Below are positions 61,584 through 64,000 of a stretch of 64,000 nt of DNA, one piece after another. This DNA is from a virus (lineage: Duplodnaviria; Caudoviricetes), in the IMG/VR virus record IMGVR_UViG_3300037067_013617, positions 27,943 to 91,942 of that record. The stretch is one strand, 5' to 3'. The notes beneath the pieces are model-generated. The model searched no databases. It saw only the letters and a program-made list of their open reading frames with translations, and was not told the origin of the DNA. The position numbers and the translations under genes were made by a program. How positions within the stretch are numbered: position 1 is the first letter of the stretch; each line of letters begins with the position of its first letter.

Positions 61584-61611
61584 TTACGACATAATTCCTC
61601 TTTTGTGGTAA
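61584..61611. repeat. dif-like site I (spacer TTCCTC)
   Basis: TTACGACATAA TTCCTC TTTTGTGGTAA, 5 bp from the baseplate gene start. Confidence 0.8.
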
Positions 61612-61687
61612 CGCCTTCTATTATCGGCTTTTGCTTAGAATATTAAAAAAATAAAAATTTTTGTCAATCATTAAAAAAAAGTAATAA

Positions 61688-61721
61688 AATGCTTGACAAA
61701 TATAGAGCGTTATATTATTGT
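61688..61721 (+). promoter_or_regulatory. Sigma70-type early promoter with palindrome (copy 2)
   Basis: TTGACA-17-TATTGT; AATGCT-N12-AGCGTT. Confidence 0.7.
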
Positions 61722-61754
61722 CTTAATATAGAGAATAAAAATAGAGGGAATAAA

Positions 61755-62012
61755 ATGAGTGCAAGAGGTCATCACGCAAGAAGAACGGATCCCGATATAT
61801 CGAAATTTTTCATAACAGGAAAAGATCATCTTGGAATCTTTTTAAAGAATAAAGATTATTTTCAACCCAAATCCAAATTGTATTATATGATGAAAAAAAT
61901 AGAATCTGGAAAAATTACATTACCTATTCCAAATAAATATTTTAATATAAAAGGATATTTTGGTTTTGATGTTACCAATGATAATAAACTTGAATTTTTA
62001 TATATAATATAA
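61755..62012 (+). CDS. Hypothetical early protein
   Basis: GAGGG RBS before MSARGHH. Confidence 0.55.
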   Translation: MSARGHHARRTDPDISKFFITGKDHLGIFLKNKDYFQPKSKLYYMMKKIESGKITLPIPNKYFNIKGYFGFDVTNDNKLEFLYII

Positions 62013-62595
62013 AGGAACTCAAATGATCCAAATAATCCTAAAAGATAAATGGAATCCGGCACGGCATGAGGACTGTATATTCGAGACATTCTCTACCGCA
62101 AAAGCCGCAAAATTTATTAAAGGGATGATCAAAATTCTGGATTATAACCAATGGGAAATTAAAACAATTATCGGAGGGATATGATGGGAACAGCAATTTC
62201 TATTATAATCGCATTTATCGCTTTATTTATTGTGTGTATATTATCATTGTTAAAGGCATCGACAAAGGACAATCGATGTTATATCTGCGGGAAAAGTATT
62301 AAGGAAGGACAGGTTGCGTGTGATGGATGCGAAGGTAAAAACGGGACGGAAGATTAAAAATATATGTTGGATGATCGGGCGGGTATAATGGGGAAAAAAG
62401 ATTGCGGCGTGGGGAATGTTGGATAAGTTAGAAGATGCGTATTATTTTGGGAAAAAATAAAATTTTAAAAGAGAAAAAATGTTAATTGTAATTTGTATTT
62501 TAATTTTAATTTAAATTATAGGACTTGTAATAAATATAAAAAATTTAATTGATTTAAATAAAATAGTAAAAAAATTAAAATAGAGGTAAAAGAAA

Positions 62596-63069
62596 ATGAA
62601 AAAAATAATAATGATATTTATTATATTGTTGGTTGGATTGGTTGGTTCGGGAGTATTTGCTTATACTCCTGATCCATGGACAACCCAAGACACAATATTA
62701 CAATCTGCCTTTACTGGAATCACTTTAATTGATATATGGCAAACATATAATTTTTTATATACCTCACAACATACTTACCAATATACTACAGAACAAGAAT
62801 ATACGAATATAAAAACTGGTAATAAAGAAAATAGGACGCAAACACATACTGGACAATATTATGAAACAAATTTTTTCTTAGGAGAAAATCCCTCCAAGTT
62901 TAAATTTTTTACTTTGACATCTTTAGCTTTATTAAGCCACCTATTTATTTCATATATTCTTCCTTACCCTTTCAGAACCATTTGGCAAATAGCATGGAGT
63001 TGTATAGAAATAAAATATGTTTACCATAATTACCAAATGGGTATAAGGATTGGAATAGCCTCATTTTAA
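62596..63069 (+). CDS. Secreted/membrane hypothetical protein
   Basis: Signal peptide (AYTPDPW), D..QT, E.NFFLG..P. Confidence 0.65.
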   Translation: MKKIIMIFIILLVGLVGSGVFAYTPDPWTTQDTILQSAFTGITLIDIWQTYNFLYTSQHTYQYTTEQEYTNIKTGNKENRTQTHTGQYYETNFFLGENPSKFKFFTLTSLALLSHLFISYILPYPFRTIWQIAWSCIEIKYVYHNYQMGIRIGIASF

Positions 63070-63199
63070 GTAAATACACTTGGACAAGATACTTTATTTG
63101 TTACTTGAGCATCCACTGTATCTATCCAATCATTAATTACATTGTTCGCTTCATCAGTAAATATTGCTGCTCCGTATAAACATTTACTTTCCTTTATAA

Positions 63200-63413
63200 A
63201 GATACTAAATATGAAGAAGCTAATCCTTTCATGAGTCCGCATCCTTCTAAAAAAAGATTTTATACGGTCGGAGGTGGATGGACCATATTAAGCACTGGAA
63301 TATCTTACATGTTACCTTCTAAATTTAGAACTATTTGGCAAACAATTTGGATAGCGGATGAAATAAATTCCATCCATCATAATTATGTTGCTGGAGTAAG
63401 AATTAGATTTTAA
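63200..63413 (+). pseudogene. Partial paralog of the 62596 ORF C-terminal half
   Basis: YEEANPFMSPHPS...SYMLPSKFRTIWQ...HHNY..GVRI versus YETNFFLGENPS...SYILPYPFRTIWQ...YHNY..GIRI. Confidence 0.55.
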
Positions 63414-63425
63414 TCCTATTCTCTT

Positions 63426-64000
63426 TTATAAATATTGACATATTGCTTTAATAATTAATTTTACATTTGCATTATCATTATATAAAGTAGTATTCTCCCC
63501 AGCCGCAGTTGCTCTTGTAAGTAAATAATAAGTTGTTTTAGAAACTAAATTTAATATTTTATTCACCCAATTTGTAGATTGGAATTGAGTAGCCGTAGTG
63601 CTGGAAGTAATATAATATCCTAACCTACTCCTAAAATCATTATCTGATTCAGAATTATTTGATGTAGATAATGTTGTATCTAATTGACCGCTGTATGTAC
63701 TACCATTAGAATCTAAACCAAGGATAGGGGATACTTTATATCTCACATCCCATGATCCTATGGGTATTGCAATTGAAATTGAACCTAAATTATACAATGT
63801 TCCATTTACTAGTGAAGATTGACTTCTTAAAGTCACATCCGTCACAATATATGACCATGTATCCGGATTCATCGGGAAATCTAAAGGTCTCCATGTTGTT
63901 GCATAATAAGGATTTGTTATTGCGTTAGCTGACATCGCATAAGCAGGGCTGGAAGTATTACCTCCACCATAAATCGTTATATTAGTATATCCACCTGAAT
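63426..64000 (-). CDS. C-terminal part of a tail fibre-like protein (start beyond window)
   Basis: Ser/Thr-rich beta-strand composition, IAIPIGSWDV, KTTYYL; frame appears to continue to the window edge. Confidence 0.55.
   Translation of the reverse strand, partial: SGGYTNITIYGGGNTSSPAYAMSANAITNPYYATTWRPLDFPMNPDTWSYIVTDVTLRSQSSLVNGTLYNLGSISIAIPIGSWDVRYKVSPILGLDSNGSTYSGQLDTTLSTSNNSESDNDFRSRLGYYITSSTTATQFQSTNWVNKILNLVSKTTYYLLTRATAAGENTTLYNDNANVKLIIKAICQYL

Noticed and set aside
61584-61600. ATG-TCG-TAA mini-ORF inside the conserved arm on the minus strand
   Set aside because: The SD-like spacer is only 2 nt from the ATG, most spacers are not SD-like, and sites H and J break the pattern
32700-61611. 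Reading the 28-bp repeats together with the Cas4-like gene as a CRISPR system
   Set aside because: The repeats are dispersed over 29 kb with no regular spacers, no cas1/cas2 is present, and Cas4-like nucleases are routine in phage recombination modules
1-64000. Alternative genetic code (stop-codon reassignment)
   Set aside because: Core genes (TerL, portal, primase, helicase, baseplate) are intact under the standard code, and TAG and TGA both end genes at sensible positions

Overview
AT-rich segment of a large tailed dsDNA bacteriophage with a contractile tail (baseplate J, gp25-like and LysM genes); the host cannot be determined from this window. Left to right: a head-associated cluster of modular 'polyvalent' proteins (zincin/LPD1-like, ADP-ribosyltransferase, JAB-like, nucleotidase-InPase) sharing a repeated K-A...KY.RR.PDGKGG(W/Y).Y.Y motif; a MuF-like head protein; a small + strand early cluster with a twister-like ribozyme; fibre and beta-helix proteins; a lysis cassette; portal; nucleotide-metabolism genes; terminase; a putative iteron origin; and a long minus-strand early/replication region (primase-polymerase, DEDD exonuclease, adenine and cytosine methyltransferases, tyrosine recombinase, SF2 helicase, Cas4-like nuclease, PAPS-reductase-like protein, dCMP deaminase and many small ORFs), followed by Sak4/SSB and baseplate genes. 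Three GIY-YIG and one HNH free-standing endonucleases are present. The strongest unexplained signal is a family of dispersed, co-oriented 28-bp sites (TTACGACATAA-N6-TTTTGT(C/G)GTAG). They have dif/Xer-like 11-6-11 architecture with different spacers, sit at gene boundaries, and occur in a genome encoding its own Xer-like recombinase, suggesting a phage gene-cassette recombination system. All product calls come from motif recognition by eye; no searches were run.
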